Shown here: piece after piece, positions 37,994 to 47,898 of the stretch
How the letters are laid out: each line of letters starts with the position of its first letter
Position numbering within the stretch: position 1 is the stretch's first letter
Assembly (NCBI GenBank): GCA_963748015.1
Contig: CAVVHE010000004.1
Coordinates: 384,001 to 448,000 of the forward strand
DNA length: 64,000 nucleotides
Direction of reading: 5' to 3'
From: Terriglobia bacterium
GTDB taxonomy: Bacteria > Acidobacteriota > Polarisedimenticolia > Polarisedimenticolales > JAIQFR01
Notes under the pieces: generated by a model
What the model saw: only the letters and a program-made list of their open reading frames with translations
Databases searched by the model: none
What the model was told of the DNA's origin: nothing
Made by a program: the position numbers and the translations under genes

Positions 37994-38664
37994 GCCACGA
38001 ACAGGACCTCGCGGGGCACGAGATCGAGGAGCTCGCCGAGACGATCTGGAACCTCGACGAGGAGGGCGCCGACCGTCTCGAGGATCTCCGCCGCGGCCGC
38101 GACGCGACCGAGCTCGACGCGATCCTCGATCGCGCGCGCGATCTGGGCCTGGCGCGCCTCGACGGCGATCGCGTCGAGCTGACCGCCTCGGGGCGGGAGC
38201 TCGCGGAGCGCCAGGTGAGGAGGCACCGGCTCGCCGAGCTCCTCCTCTCGACGGTCCTCGAGGTCCGGGACGACGAGGCCGTCGAGCGGAACGCGTGCGT
38301 CATGGAGCACGTGCTCGGTCCCGCGGTGACCGAGTCGGTGTGCGCCTTCCTGGGCCACCCGAAGTTCTGCCCGCACGGCAAGCCGATCCCCGCCGGCGCC
38401 TGCTGCCGCTCGTTCTCGCAGACGATCGAGCCTCTCGTGCAGCCTCTCTCCAGGCTGGCCGTGGGCTCGCTCGCCCGCATCGTGTACATCGTCCCGAGGG
38501 ACGCGGAGCGCCTGAGCCGCCTCTCGGCGCTCGGGGTCGCTCCCGGCGCCACGCTGCGCCTGCAGCAAAAGGCCCCGGCGACCGTCCTGAAGCTCGGCGA
38601 GACCACGCTGGCGGTGGACCCGGAGATCGCCGGGGAGATCTACGTCAAGAAAGTCACCGGCTGA
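37990..38664 (+). CDS. DtxR/MntR-family metal-binding protein with C-terminal FeoA domain
   Basis: LTASG...VRRHRLAELLL...ACVMEH...LGHPKFCPHGKPIP, then FeoA-like RLSALGVAPGATL. Confidence 0.88.
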   Translation: MSHEQDLAGHEIEELAETIWNLDEEGADRLEDLRRGRDATELDAILDRARDLGLARLDGDRVELTASGRELAERQVRRHRLAELLLSTVLEVRDDEAVERNACVMEHVLGPAVTESVCAFLGHPKFCPHGKPIPAGACCRSFSQTIEPLVQPLSRLAVGSLARIVYIVPRDAERLSRLSALGVAPGATLRLQQKAPATVLKLGETTLAVDPEIAGEIYVKKVTG

Positions 38665-38684
38665 CCGTCTTCCCGACCCGCCCG

Positions 38685-38714
38685 TTGCCGCGCGATCGGC
38701 GTACCGCCTATAAT
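38685..38714 (+). promoter_or_regulatory. Putative sigma70 promoter
   Basis: TTGCCG-18 bp-TATAAT. Confidence 0.55.
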
Positions 38715-38750
38715 CGAGGTCGAGGGATGAGGGGAGAACTTCGCGGCGGG

Positions 38751-39989
38751 ATGAAAACGATGAAAATCAGGATTTTCTTGCTAGCTGCCCTGGTCCTCGC
38801 GGTCGCGCCGCGCGCGCTCGCCATGGACGTCTCCACTGCCAAGGGGAAGGTCGTGGACACGGACGGGAATCCGATTCCCGGGGCCGTCATCACCTTCACG
38901 CAGGCCAGCCCGCCCAAGACGCCGTACGAGATCAAGACCGACAAGAACGGGACCTACTGGGTGCCGAACCTCCTGTACCGGCCCCCGGGGGCGTGGGAGA
39001 TGACGATCCAGGCCGAGGGGTTCTTCACCGGCAAGGTCAGCGTCGTCTGCCGCACCGCGAACCGAACCCTCGCCGGCGAGTTCGAGAGCAAGATTCGCGT
39101 CGGGACGCAGACGATCAAGCTGACCATCCCCGGGCTCGGCGAAGGGAAGATCGACTTCACCCTTTCGAGGGAGAAGGCTCCGGAGGCGGCGGCCCAGGCG
39201 GCGGCGGAGCAGGATCCGCTGGACGTCGCGCGGGGCAAGATCCAGAGCGGCGACTACGAGGGATCGGTCGAGCTCTTCCAGAAGGCGATCTCGGCCTCCC
39301 CCGAGGAACCCGAGCGGAGGCAGCTGTTCGCCTACGCGCTGCTCAAGCTCGACCGGCTCGGCGAGGCGGAGGCCCAGGCGACCCGCGCCGCGCAGCTCGC
39401 CCCCGACAAGTCGGGCTCCAACCTGATCCTCGCCGAGATCTACAAGACGAAGGGGGACGACGCCAGGGCCTGGGAGGCGCTTCAGAAGGAGCGCGCGATC
39501 GCCCCCGAGAACCCCCGCGTGCTCGAGCGGATCGCGTCTCTCGGCGCGGAATTGGGGAAGATCGACGAAGCGATCGCGGCGGGAGAGACGCTGACGCGCC
39601 TCAAGCCGGACGATCCGGAGGGCTGGATCGCGCTCGGCAGCCTCTACGCGGAGAAGAAGCAACTCGAGAAGTCGGAGCAGGCCTTCCGGAAGGTCGTGGA
39701 GCTCGATCCGGCCAACGCCGCGCAGACCTTCTACAACATCGGGGTCGTGCTCGCGAACAAGCCCGACATCTCCGAAGGGGACAACCGGAAGATCACCGAG
39801 GCGTTCCGCAAGGCGGTGGAGCAGAAGCCGGATTACGCCGCGGCGCATCGCGAGCTGGCCTTCGCGCTCCTGAGGAGCGGCGACTCCGAGGGCGCCCGGA
39901 AGGAGCTCGAGCGCTACCTCGAGCTGGATCCGAAGGCGGCGGACGCCGCCGAGATCCAGTCTCTGGTCAAGAGCCTGAAGAAGAAGTAG
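38751..39989 (+). CDS. Secreted carboxypeptidase-regulatory-like domain plus TPR protein
   Basis: Signal peptide, GKVVDTDGNPIPGA...KTDKNGTY, multiple TPRs (FRKVVELDP, YLELDP). Confidence 0.8.
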   Translation: MKTMKIRIFLLAALVLAVAPRALAMDVSTAKGKVVDTDGNPIPGAVITFTQASPPKTPYEIKTDKNGTYWVPNLLYRPPGAWEMTIQAEGFFTGKVSVVCRTANRTLAGEFESKIRVGTQTIKLTIPGLGEGKIDFTLSREKAPEAAAQAAAEQDPLDVARGKIQSGDYEGSVELFQKAISASPEEPERRQLFAYALLKLDRLGEAEAQATRAAQLAPDKSGSNLILAEIYKTKGDDARAWEALQKERAIAPENPRVLERIASLGAELGKIDEAIAAGETLTRLKPDDPEGWIALGSLYAEKKQLEKSEQAFRKVVELDPANAAQTFYNIGVVLANKPDISEGDNRKITEAFRKAVEQKPDYAAAHRELAFALLRSGDSEGARKELERYLELDPKAADAAEIQSLVKSLKKK

Positions 39990-40002
39990 ATCCGGCGGCG
40001 GG

Positions 40003-40587
40003 TCACGCGCCGCCGGCCAGCATCTCCTCCACGAAGCGGCAGAGGAGGTGTCCGGCGAGGATGTGGACCTCCTGAATCCTCGCGGTGGCCTCGCCGGGCA
40101 CGATCAGCCGAAGCTCCGCCGCGCCCGCGGCTGCCCCGCCGTCACGACCGAGCAGGGAGGCCGTCTTGAGACCGAGCCGGCGCGCGGTGAGGAGACCGGC
40201 CAGTACGTTGGGCGAGTTGCCGCTGGTGGTGATGCCGATCGCGACGTCGCCGGGGCGGCCGAGCGCCTCGATCTGCCGGGCGAACACCGCCTCGAACGAC
40301 GCGTCGTTGCCGATGCTGGTGAGGACGGACCCGTCGGTGGCGAGCGCGATCGCGGCGAGGGCCGGCCGGTCCCTGTCGAACCGGTTGACGAACTCCGCCG
40401 CGAGGTGCTGGGCGTCCGCCGCGCTCCCGCCGTTGCCGAAGAGCAGGATCTTTCCGCCCGCCCGGAGCGAATCGGAGCACCACCTCGCGAGCGTCAGGAG
40501 ATCCTCGGCGTGCCGGTCGAGGAACGCGTCCACCACCCGGTGGTGCTCCGATCTCGCCGCCTCCACGATCTGCCGGAAATCGTCCAT
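40003..40587 (-). CDS. gmhA: D-sedoheptulose-7-phosphate isomerase
   Basis: GNGGSAADAQHLAAEF, TSIGND, ITTSGNSPN, TARIQEVHI. Confidence 0.95.
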   Translation of the reverse strand: MDDFRQIVEAARSEHHRVVDAFLDRHAEDLLTLARWCSDSLRAGGKILLFGNGGSAADAQHLAAEFVNRFDRDRPALAAIALATDGSVLTSIGNDASFEAVFARQIEALGRPGDVAIGITTSGNSPNVLAGLLTARRLGLKTASLLGRDGGAAAGAAELRLIVPGEATARIQEVHILAGHLLCRFVEEMLAGGA

Positions 40588-40677
40588 CGTCCGCCTCCGC
40601 GCGGCCGCGCGGGACGGAGTATTCGACGCCGGAACCCCTCCGTCAAGCGGTTCCCATGCGGAGCTGGCGGGCGGACG

Positions 40678-41493
40678 ATGATCTCGACCTTCGAGCTCGA
40701 GGAAAGGGAAGGGCTGCTGCTCGTCCGCTGCCGGGCCCTCTCCCGCCTGCCGGGAATCGTCCATGCCTTCTCGACCGCCAGGGCCGACGGGGGAGGTGGG
40801 TTCGATCTGGGCACCGCCCTGAGCACCGAGTCCGTGGTCCTCTCCCGCCGCAAGCGATTCCTCGCCGCCGCCGGCTTCGGAGGCGCGACCGCGGCGGTCG
40901 TGCGGCAGGTTCACGGGGCGCGGCTCGTGGAGGCCGCGGCCACGGTGCCCGTTCCGGAAGCCGACGGCGTCGTCTGGGTCGAGGGGGATCGTTCCGGGCG
41001 CATTCCCGCCGTCCGGACCGCGGACTGCGTGCCCGTCCTCCTGGCGGACCGGCGGGGCCGGGCCGCGGCCGCGGTTCACGCCGGGTGGCGAGGGACCGCG
41101 GCCGGGATCGCGGCAGCCGGTGTCCGCGCCCTGGGGGACGCGGGCGTCCCGCCGGGGGATCTCGTCGCGGCGATGGGGCCGGCGATCCTGGCGTGCTGCT
41201 TTGAGGTCGGCCCGGAGGTCGTCGAGGCGCTCGCGGCGTCGGTGCCCGCCGACCGTGCTGCGGAGGTCGTGCGGCCGGAGGGGCGGGGGAGGGCGCGGGC
41301 GGACCTGCACGCCGCGATCCGGGCCCAGCTCGCCGCCGCCGGGGTTCCCGAAGACGCGGTCCATGCCGCGCCGTGGTGCACCCGCTGCCGCGAGGATCTC
41401 TTCCATTCCTACCGCCGCCAGGGGGCCGCCGCGGGGCGCATGATGTCCTGCGTCGGGCCGGCTCCCGGGGTGGGACGGGCGGGCCATCCTTGA
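40678..41493 (+). CDS. pgeF: Peptidoglycan editing factor / purine nucleoside phosphorylase YfiH family
   Basis: HAFST, QVHG, RTADCVPVLL, VHAGWRG, CCFEVG, CTRC, SYRR. Confidence 0.92.
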   Translation: MISTFELEEREGLLLVRCRALSRLPGIVHAFSTARADGGGGFDLGTALSTESVVLSRRKRFLAAAGFGGATAAVVRQVHGARLVEAAATVPVPEADGVVWVEGDRSGRIPAVRTADCVPVLLADRRGRAAAAVHAGWRGTAAGIAAAGVRALGDAGVPPGDLVAAMGPAILACCFEVGPEVVEALAASVPADRAAEVVRPEGRGRARADLHAAIRAQLAAAGVPEDAVHAAPWCTRCREDLFHSYRRQGAAAGRMMSCVGPAPGVGRAGHP

Positions 41494-41606
41494 CGCCGGG
41501 GCCTCGGTAGGTCACAATCCCCCGCTTCGTTCGCGAACGCCCCGGACGGCGAGGGCAAGGGGTCCTCCCGCCAGGTGGTCGCGTGCGCCCAAGGAGACGA
41601 ACGGCC

Positions 41607-41918
41607 ATGACCCCTGTGCTCGCAATCCTGGCCGCGCCCGCGCCCTCGGGCGGGCAGCAGCAGCCGCTCTGGTGGACGTTCGGTCCCGTCGTCCTGGTGT
41701 TCGTCATCTTCTACTTCCTCCTCATCGCCCCGGCGCGGAAGAAGCAGAAGCGGCACCAGGAAATGCTCAACGAGCTGAGGGCCGGAGATCGCGTGGTGAC
41801 CCAAGGGGGGATCTACGGCACCATTTCCGGCGTGAGCGACAACGTCGTTCAGCTCAAGATCGCCGATCAGGTCAAGATCGACGTGGATAAGCGGTCGATC
41901 GCGGACAAGGTTCAGTAA
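41607..41918 (+). CDS. yajC: Preprotein translocase subunit YajC
   Basis: IFYFLLIAP...KKQK...LRAGDRVVTQGGIYG; upstream TTGACG-17-CACAAT. Confidence 0.94.
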   Translation: MTPVLAILAAPAPSGGQQQPLWWTFGPVVLVFVIFYFLLIAPARKKQKRHQEMLNELRAGDRVVTQGGIYGTISGVSDNVVQLKIADQVKIDVDKRSIADKVQ

Positions 41919-41968
41919 GGAAATCGGAGCCCTCCGCCGGTCGCGGGGGCGCCTGAGAGGTCGTTTCG

Positions 41969-43576
41969 ATGTCGAAGAGCATGAGCTGGAAGATTCCCCT
42001 CATCGTGGTGGTCGTGGGGCTGGCGGCGTTCTTCCTCTACCCGCCGAAGGACCGCATCAACCTGGGTCTCGACTTGAGGGGCGGCTCCCACATCGTCATG
42101 CAGGTGGAGACCCAGTCCGCGATCAAGTACGAGATGGACCTCACGATCAGCCGGATCGGGCAGGCCTTGAAGGAGAAGGGGGTGACGTTCGGGGGGATGA
42201 CGACCCCCTCGGCCGGCGTCCTCGAGATCAAGGGGACCGACCCCGGCAAGCGGGGCGAGGTCCGCCGCGTGCTCGACGACTACGTCGGGCAGTGGGACAT
42301 CGGGGATCAGGGCGCGGGAAGCTGGCGTGTCACGATGCCGCCGACGATCCAGAACACGATCGAGATCAACGCCGTGGACACCACGCTGACGACGATCCGC
42401 AACCGGATCGACGAGCTGGGAGTGCGCGAGCCGACCGTTCAGAAGGAAGGGATCAAGGGGGACCGGATCCTGATCCAGCTCCCCGGAGTCGAGGATCCCG
42501 AGCGCGCCAAGGAAGTCATGCAGGACCCCGCGGTGCTCGAGTGGAAGACCGTCATCTACCCGCCGGGGATCACGGACTTCCAGAACTGGATCCCGCCGGC
42601 CTCGGAAGAGGAGGTGATCCGCCTCTTCGGCGGCCAGCTTCCGCAAGACACCGTGATCTACCCGCAGCGGGTGGCGGCGCGGGACGGGTCGGGGACCACG
42701 ACGCTCTACTGGCCGCTGAACAAGATCTCGACGATCGTCGGCAACGACCTCAAGAACGCGAACCGGCAGCAGGACCAGTGGGGCGGCACCACGGTCGGTT
42801 TCCAGCTGAGCCAGGACGCCGGACGCCGCTTCGAGACCGCGACGCGGGAGTACGTCGGCAAGAAGATGGCGATCGTCCTCGGCGGGGTGCGGAGCAAGCA
42901 AGTGATCTCGGCCCCCGTGATCCAGAGCACCATCCGCGACCAGGGCCAGATCACCGGGAACTTCGACACCCAGTCGGCCGAGGACCTCGCCCTGAAGCTG
43001 AGGTCCGGCTCGATACCGACCGACGTGACGATCATCGAGGAGCGGACGGTGGGCCCCTCGCTGGGCCGCGACTCGATCCGCGCCGGGATCTTGGCCTCCC
43101 TCGTCGGGTTCGTCGGCGTCATGCTCTTCATGCTGGTTTACTACCGCGGGTCCGGAGTCAACGCCGTGGTGGCGCTTCTCCTGAACGTGGTCCTCGTCAT
43201 GGGCGCGATGGGCTACTTCAAGGCGACCCTGACGCTGCCGGGCATCGCCGGGCTGATCCTGACGGTCGGCATGGCGGTGGACAGCAACGTGCTGATCTTC
43301 GAGAGGATTCGCGAGGAGCTGTCCCTCGGCAAGACGGTGCGAAACGCGGTGGACCTCGGGTTCAGCCGCGCGTTCATGACCATCGTGGACACCCACGTGA
43401 CCACCCTGGTCTCCTCGTTCTTCCTCTTCACGTACGGCACGGGACCGGTGAAGGGCTTCGCCGTGACGCTGACGGTGGGCCTGGTCTTCTCGATGTTCAC
43501 GGCCGTCTTCGTTTCGCGGGTGATATTCGATCTGGTGCTGGGAGAGGGTCGGCCGGTGGAGTCGCTCAGCATCTGA
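41969..43576 (+). CDS. secD: Protein translocase subunit SecD
   Basis: LGLDLRGG, RNRIDELGVREP, VGPSLG, TLPGIAG, GMAVDSNVLIFERIREE, GPVKGFA. Confidence 0.97.
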   Translation: MSKSMSWKIPLIVVVVGLAAFFLYPPKDRINLGLDLRGGSHIVMQVETQSAIKYEMDLTISRIGQALKEKGVTFGGMTTPSAGVLEIKGTDPGKRGEVRRVLDDYVGQWDIGDQGAGSWRVTMPPTIQNTIEINAVDTTLTTIRNRIDELGVREPTVQKEGIKGDRILIQLPGVEDPERAKEVMQDPAVLEWKTVIYPPGITDFQNWIPPASEEEVIRLFGGQLPQDTVIYPQRVAARDGSGTTTLYWPLNKISTIVGNDLKNANRQQDQWGGTTVGFQLSQDAGRRFETATREYVGKKMAIVLGGVRSKQVISAPVIQSTIRDQGQITGNFDTQSAEDLALKLRSGSIPTDVTIIEERTVGPSLGRDSIRAGILASLVGFVGVMLFMLVYYRGSGVNAVVALLLNVVLVMGAMGYFKATLTLPGIAGLILTVGMAVDSNVLIFERIREELSLGKTVRNAVDLGFSRAFMTIVDTHVTTLVSSFFLFTYGTGPVKGFAVTLTVGLVFSMFTAVFVSRVIFDLVLGEGRPVESLSI

Positions 43577-43614
43577 CGGCGGAGGGCTCCTTTCCTCGGA
43601 GCCGGGAGTGGGTC

Positions 43615-44802
43615 GTGCTGCATTTCTTCAAGAACCCCCAGATCGACTTCATGGGCAAGCGCAACCTCTGGGTGGGGTTGTCGATAGCCGTCGTGCTGGT
43701 CTCGGCGATCGTCGTGCCGATCCACGGCATCAAGCGCGGGATCGAGTTCACCGGCGGGACCGAGGTGCAGGTCAAGTACACGGCCGCTCCCGATCTGGGC
43801 CTCATCCGTTCGGAGCTGAACCGGTCCGGCTACACGAACCACCTGGTCACGACGATCGGGAAGCCCGACGAGAACGAGGTCTACATCCGCCTCGCGCTCG
43901 CCTCCGCCGTCAAGGAGGAGAACCTCACCCCCAAGGTCGTATCGGCGCTGAGGGCGGGGGACGTCCAGCAGAAGATCGCTTCCGGTCTGCTCGACATCAA
44001 CGTGGCCGACGCTCCCTCGCTCAAGACGCTCCTCGAGACCTCGCCGGATCTCGCCCGCGAGGATGCCCAGGCCATCGCCACGGGGATCGTCGAGGCCAGG
44101 AAGGAAAAGGCGATCTTCCGGTCGGTGGACGACCTGTCCGGCGTTCCCGGAATGAAGCCCGCCGCAATGGAGCTCCTGAGGAAGCGTGCGTTCGTCGGTC
44201 CGTTCGCGGTTCGAAGCGAGTCGTACATCGGGCCGGCCATCGGGCGGGAGTTGTTGCGAAAGGCCCTGCTGGCGATCCTCGGCTCGCTCGCCGGGATGCT
44301 GGTGTACATCTGGTTCCGGTTCGAGTTCCAGTGGGGGCTTGCGGCGGTGGTGGCCCTCATCCACGACACCGCCGTTACCCTGCTGCTCTTCTCCCTCTCC
44401 CCGTACGAGATGAGCCTTCCGGTCGTGGCCGCGTTCCTCACGCTCGTCGGCTACTCGACCAACGACACGGTCGTGGTCTTCGACCGGATCCGCGAGAACC
44501 TGAAGCTGCGGGGAGGGGACGACCTCGTCAAGGTCATCAACGACTCGATCAACCAGACCCTGAGCCGGACCATCATCACGTCCGGCCTCACCTGGATCGT
44601 GGTCGTGGCCCTTCTCGTGATGGGCGGCGAGGCGCTCCGCCCCTTCTCCTTCGTGATGACCGTCGGGATCGTCATCGGGACCTACTCGTCGATCTACATC
44701 GCGAGCCCGATCCTCGTGGTCTGGAAGCATTACTTCAAGAAGAAGGGGAAGTTCAGCGCCGCCGGGGCGAAGTCCGGCGCCCGCAAGGTGCGGGCTTCCT
44801 GA
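43615..44802 (+). CDS. secF: Protein translocase subunit SecF with inserted helix-hairpin-helix domain
   Basis: GIEFTGG, IGPAIGREL, ALIHD, GYSTNDTVVVFDRIREN, TLSRTIITS, GTYSSIYIA; GTG start. Confidence 0.95.
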   Translation: MLHFFKNPQIDFMGKRNLWVGLSIAVVLVSAIVVPIHGIKRGIEFTGGTEVQVKYTAAPDLGLIRSELNRSGYTNHLVTTIGKPDENEVYIRLALASAVKEENLTPKVVSALRAGDVQQKIASGLLDINVADAPSLKTLLETSPDLAREDAQAIATGIVEARKEKAIFRSVDDLSGVPGMKPAAMELLRKRAFVGPFAVRSESYIGPAIGRELLRKALLAILGSLAGMLVYIWFRFEFQWGLAAVVALIHDTAVTLLLFSLSPYEMSLPVVAAFLTLVGYSTNDTVVVFDRIRENLKLRGGDDLVKVINDSINQTLSRTIITSGLTWIVVVALLVMGGEALRPFSFVMTVGIVIGTYSSIYIASPILVVWKHYFKKKGKFSAAGAKSGARKVRAS

Positions 44803-44812
44803 AGCCGGGACG

Positions 44813-44865
44813 AGGAGCCTCCGAGAGTAATCCCGCGGACCGCGCGATTACTCGGACCGGCACCT
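44813..44865. repeat. REP-like palindromic repeat, copy 4
   Basis: AGGAGCCTCCGAGAGTAATCCCGCGGACCGCGCGATTACTCGGACCGGCACCT, after the secF stop. Confidence 0.8.
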
Positions 44866-44925
44866 AGCGGCCGACGCGGCGCGGGCCCGCCCGATTCGAT
44901 CCCGGGAGCGGGAGGGTGAGGCAGC

Positions 44926-47085
44926 ATGGTGCGCCGGTTCGAGGACATCCTGGAGTGCGTCGAGGAGTACAACCCCGGCGCGGACCTCGGACTCCTCCGG
45001 CGCGCCTACGTCTTCTCCGCTCGCGAGCACCGCAGCCAGGTTCGCCGCTCGGGTGAGCCCTACCTCGTCCACCCGATCGAGGTCGCCTACACCCTCGCGG
45101 AGCTCCGCCTCGACACGGCGAGCGTCGTCGCCGGGCTGCTCCACGACGTCGTCGAGGACACCCTGACGACGATCGAGACCGTCCGCGAGTACTTCGGCGA
45201 GGACGTGTCGCACATCGTCGCGGGGGTGACGAAGATCTCGAAGCTCCAGTTCGCGTCCCCCGAGCAGGCCGAGGCCGAGAACCTCCGCAAGATGATCCTC
45301 GCGATGGTCGACGACATCCGGGTGATCCTCGTCAAGCTCGCGGACCGGCTCCACAACATGCGCACGCTCCAGTTCCTCGACTCCCCGCGCCGGGAGCGGA
45401 TCGCCCGGGAGACGGCGGAAATCTACGCTCCGATCGCCAACCGGCTCGGGATGGGGAGGATCCGGGCGGAGCTCGAGGACCTCGCGTTCCAGTACCTCGA
45501 GCCCGAGGCCCACAAGGCGCTCACCGAGGCGCTCGAGGCCCGGCGCAAGGTGACCGGCGACTTCATCGAGGGGATCCGCGCGAAGCTGGAGGCGGCGCTC
45601 GCGGAAGCGGGGATCGAGGCCGCGATCAAGGGGCGCATCAAGAGCACCGCCTCGATGAATCGCAAGATCAAGCGCCAGCGGATCGACGTGGACCAGATCT
45701 ACGACTACGTCGCCTTCCGGATCCTGACGTCCACGGTGAAGGACTGCTACGGCGCGCTCGGCGTGGTCCACTCGGAGTGGCGCCCGGTGCCCGGCCGCAT
45801 CAAGGACTTCATCGCGATGCCCAAGCTCAACATGTACCAATCGCTGCACACCTCGGTGATGACCGACAAGGGGCAGCCGTTCGAGGTGCAGATCCGGACG
45901 CACGAGATGCACCGGATCGCCGAGGAGGGGATCGCCGCCCACTGGCAGTACAAGGAGGGGGGGCGGCTCTCGGGGCAGGACGCGGAGCGGGTGACCTGGC
46001 TGCGCCAGCTCCTGGAGTGGCAGCAGGACCTCAAGGACCCCCGCGAGTTCCTCGAGATGGTGAAGGTGGATCTCTACCCCGAGGAGGTCTACACGTTCAC
46101 GCCGAAGGGGAAGGTCCTTTCCTTCCCGAGAGGGGCGACCCCGGTGGACTTCGCCTACGGGATCCACACGGAGATCGGGCACCACTGCACCGGCGCGAAG
46201 ATCAACGGCCGGATCGTGCCCCTCAGGACGCAGCTCCAGAACGGCGACATCATCGAGATCCTGACGCAGCCGGGGCACAATCCGAGCCGGGACTGGCTCG
46301 CCCTCGCGAAGACGACCCGCGCGCGGAGCAAGATCCGCGCGTGGCTCAACGCGAACGAGCGATCGCGCTCCGTGGCGCTCGGGCGGGAGTTGGTGGAGCG
46401 GGAGTTCCGGAAGTACAAGGTCTCGCTGCGCTCGGTGTCGGAAGATCCGCGGGTCGCCGACGCGCTGCGGAAGCTCGGCCTCGCCGAGCTCGACGACTAC
46501 TTCGCCGCGGTGGGGTACGGCAAGGTGACGCCGCACGTGCTCCTCGCCGCCGTCGTCCCCTCGGCGGACCTGCATCCCCGGAGCGAAGGGGTCGTCGCCC
46601 GGGTCGTGAAGCGGGCCCTGGGGCTCGTCGAGCGCGGGATCAAGGTCCGCGGGATGGACGACGTGATGATCGCCCTCGCCCGGTGCTGCAATCCCGTCCG
46701 CGGCGAGCAGATCGTCGGGTACATCACCCGGGGGAAGGGCGTGTCGGTCCACTCGGTGCACTGTCCCAACGTGACGCGGCTCCTCTTCGACTCGGAAAGG
46801 CAGATCGCGGTGGAATGGGATTCGGCGCCGGACACGGGCTCGCTGTTCGAGGTCCGTCTCGTGCTCGGCATGGACGACCGGCCCGGGGTGCTCGCGAAGG
46901 TTCTCGCCGCCATCGCCGACGAGAAGAGCAACGTCAAGAACCTCGACGCGAAGACCTTCGAGGGAAGCGAGGCCAAGGTCAGCCTCGTGCTCGCGGTTTC
47001 CGATCGCCGGCAGATGGAGAAGGTCATGGACCGGATCCGGAAGGTCGGAGGCGTGAGGCAGGTCGAGAGGGTCTTGAGCCAGTGA
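44926..47085 (+). CDS. rel: Bifunctional (p)ppGpp synthetase/hydrolase (RelA/SpoT homolog)
   Basis: SGEPYLVHP, LLHDVVEDT (intact HD), KLADRLHNMRTL, YQSLHT, EVQIRT, TGS domain, CCNP, ACT domain. Confidence 0.96.
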   Translation: MVRRFEDILECVEEYNPGADLGLLRRAYVFSAREHRSQVRRSGEPYLVHPIEVAYTLAELRLDTASVVAGLLHDVVEDTLTTIETVREYFGEDVSHIVAGVTKISKLQFASPEQAEAENLRKMILAMVDDIRVILVKLADRLHNMRTLQFLDSPRRERIARETAEIYAPIANRLGMGRIRAELEDLAFQYLEPEAHKALTEALEARRKVTGDFIEGIRAKLEAALAEAGIEAAIKGRIKSTASMNRKIKRQRIDVDQIYDYVAFRILTSTVKDCYGALGVVHSEWRPVPGRIKDFIAMPKLNMYQSLHTSVMTDKGQPFEVQIRTHEMHRIAEEGIAAHWQYKEGGRLSGQDAERVTWLRQLLEWQQDLKDPREFLEMVKVDLYPEEVYTFTPKGKVLSFPRGATPVDFAYGIHTEIGHHCTGAKINGRIVPLRTQLQNGDIIEILTQPGHNPSRDWLALAKTTRARSKIRAWLNANERSRSVALGRELVEREFRKYKVSLRSVSEDPRVADALRKLGLAELDDYFAAVGYGKVTPHVLLAAVVPSADLHPRSEGVVARVVKRALGLVERGIKVRGMDDVMIALARCCNPVRGEQIVGYITRGKGVSVHSVHCPNVTRLLFDSERQIAVEWDSAPDTGSLFEVRLVLGMDDRPGVLAKVLAAIADEKSNVKNLDAKTFEGSEAKVSLVLAVSDRRQMEKVMDRIRKVGGVRQVERVLSQ

Positions 47086-47164
47086 GGCGGGAGGCCGCGT
47101 CAGGGTCCGGCGATCGTTCCGCGCGCGGCGCGCCACGACGCGGTCCCGGCGGCGAGGAGGCGAG

Positions 47165-47545
47165 ATGCGCGAGACGGTGCAGACGGATCGGGCCCCCGCG
47201 GCGGTGGGGCCGTACTCGCAAGCGGTGAAGGCGGGTGGCGCGGTTTGGGTCTCGGGGCAGATTCCGCTGGACCCCGCGACCGGAGCTCTCGTCCCGGGGG
47301 ACGTCGAGGCGCAGGCCCGTCAGGTCCTGAAGAACCTCGGGGCGATCCTCGAGGCCGCCGGGAGCGGCTTCGACCGGGTGGTCAAGGCCACGGTGTACCT
47401 CACGGACCTCGACGACTTCGACGTGGTGAACCGTGTCTACGCGGAGTTCATGCCGTCCCCGCCCCCGGCGCGCGCATGCGTCCAGGTGTCGCGACTGCCG
47501 CGGGGCGCTCGCGTCGAGATCGACGCGGTGGCGTATTCGGGCTGA
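47165..47545 (+). CDS. ridA: RidA family enamine/imine deaminase
   Basis: APAAVGPYSQA, SGQIPLDP, PARACVQVSRLP, VEID. Confidence 0.94.
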   Translation: MRETVQTDRAPAAVGPYSQAVKAGGAVWVSGQIPLDPATGALVPGDVEAQARQVLKNLGAILEAAGSGFDRVVKATVYLTDLDDFDVVNRVYAEFMPSPPPARACVQVSRLPRGARVEIDAVAYSG

Positions 47546-47613
47546 CGGCTTGCCGCCAGGACGCGAAGAGTGGGGGGTGCGCAGCTCCCTTCGAGGAACC
47601 GCGCGCGGTCAGG

Positions 47614-47811
47614 TCAGCTGACGGCTTTCCGGACGGACCCACTGCGGAGGCAACGGGTGCAGATGCGCATCCGCTTCGCGCCACCGCCCTCGACGCTCAC
47701 GCGGACTTCCTGCAGGTTCGGCAGGAACTTGCGGGAGGTCACGTTGTGGGCATGCGATACGTTACGCCCGAAGATCGTCTTCTTGCCGCAGATCTCGCAG
47801 ACTCGAGCCAT
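47614..47811 (-). CDS. rpmB: 50S ribosomal protein L28 (Zn-binding form)
   Basis: [10 protein letters not shown]...GRNVSHAHN...FLPNLQ...ICTRCLRSG. Confidence 0.96.
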   Translation of the reverse strand: MARVCEICGKKTIFGRNVSHAHNVTSRKFLPNLQEVRVSVEGGGAKRMRICTRCLRSGSVRKAVS

Positions 47812-47869
47812 CGCTAGTCCTCGGCGATTTGGGCCGCCTTGCCAATGAAAGCCGCCGCGCGAAACCCGA

Positions 47870-47898
47870 ATCCTATTTGAGCCCGGCGTTCCTGTCAA
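47870..47898 (-). promoter_or_regulatory. Putative sigma70 promoter of rpmB
   Basis: Minus strand TTGACA-17 bp-TAGGAT. Confidence 0.65.
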
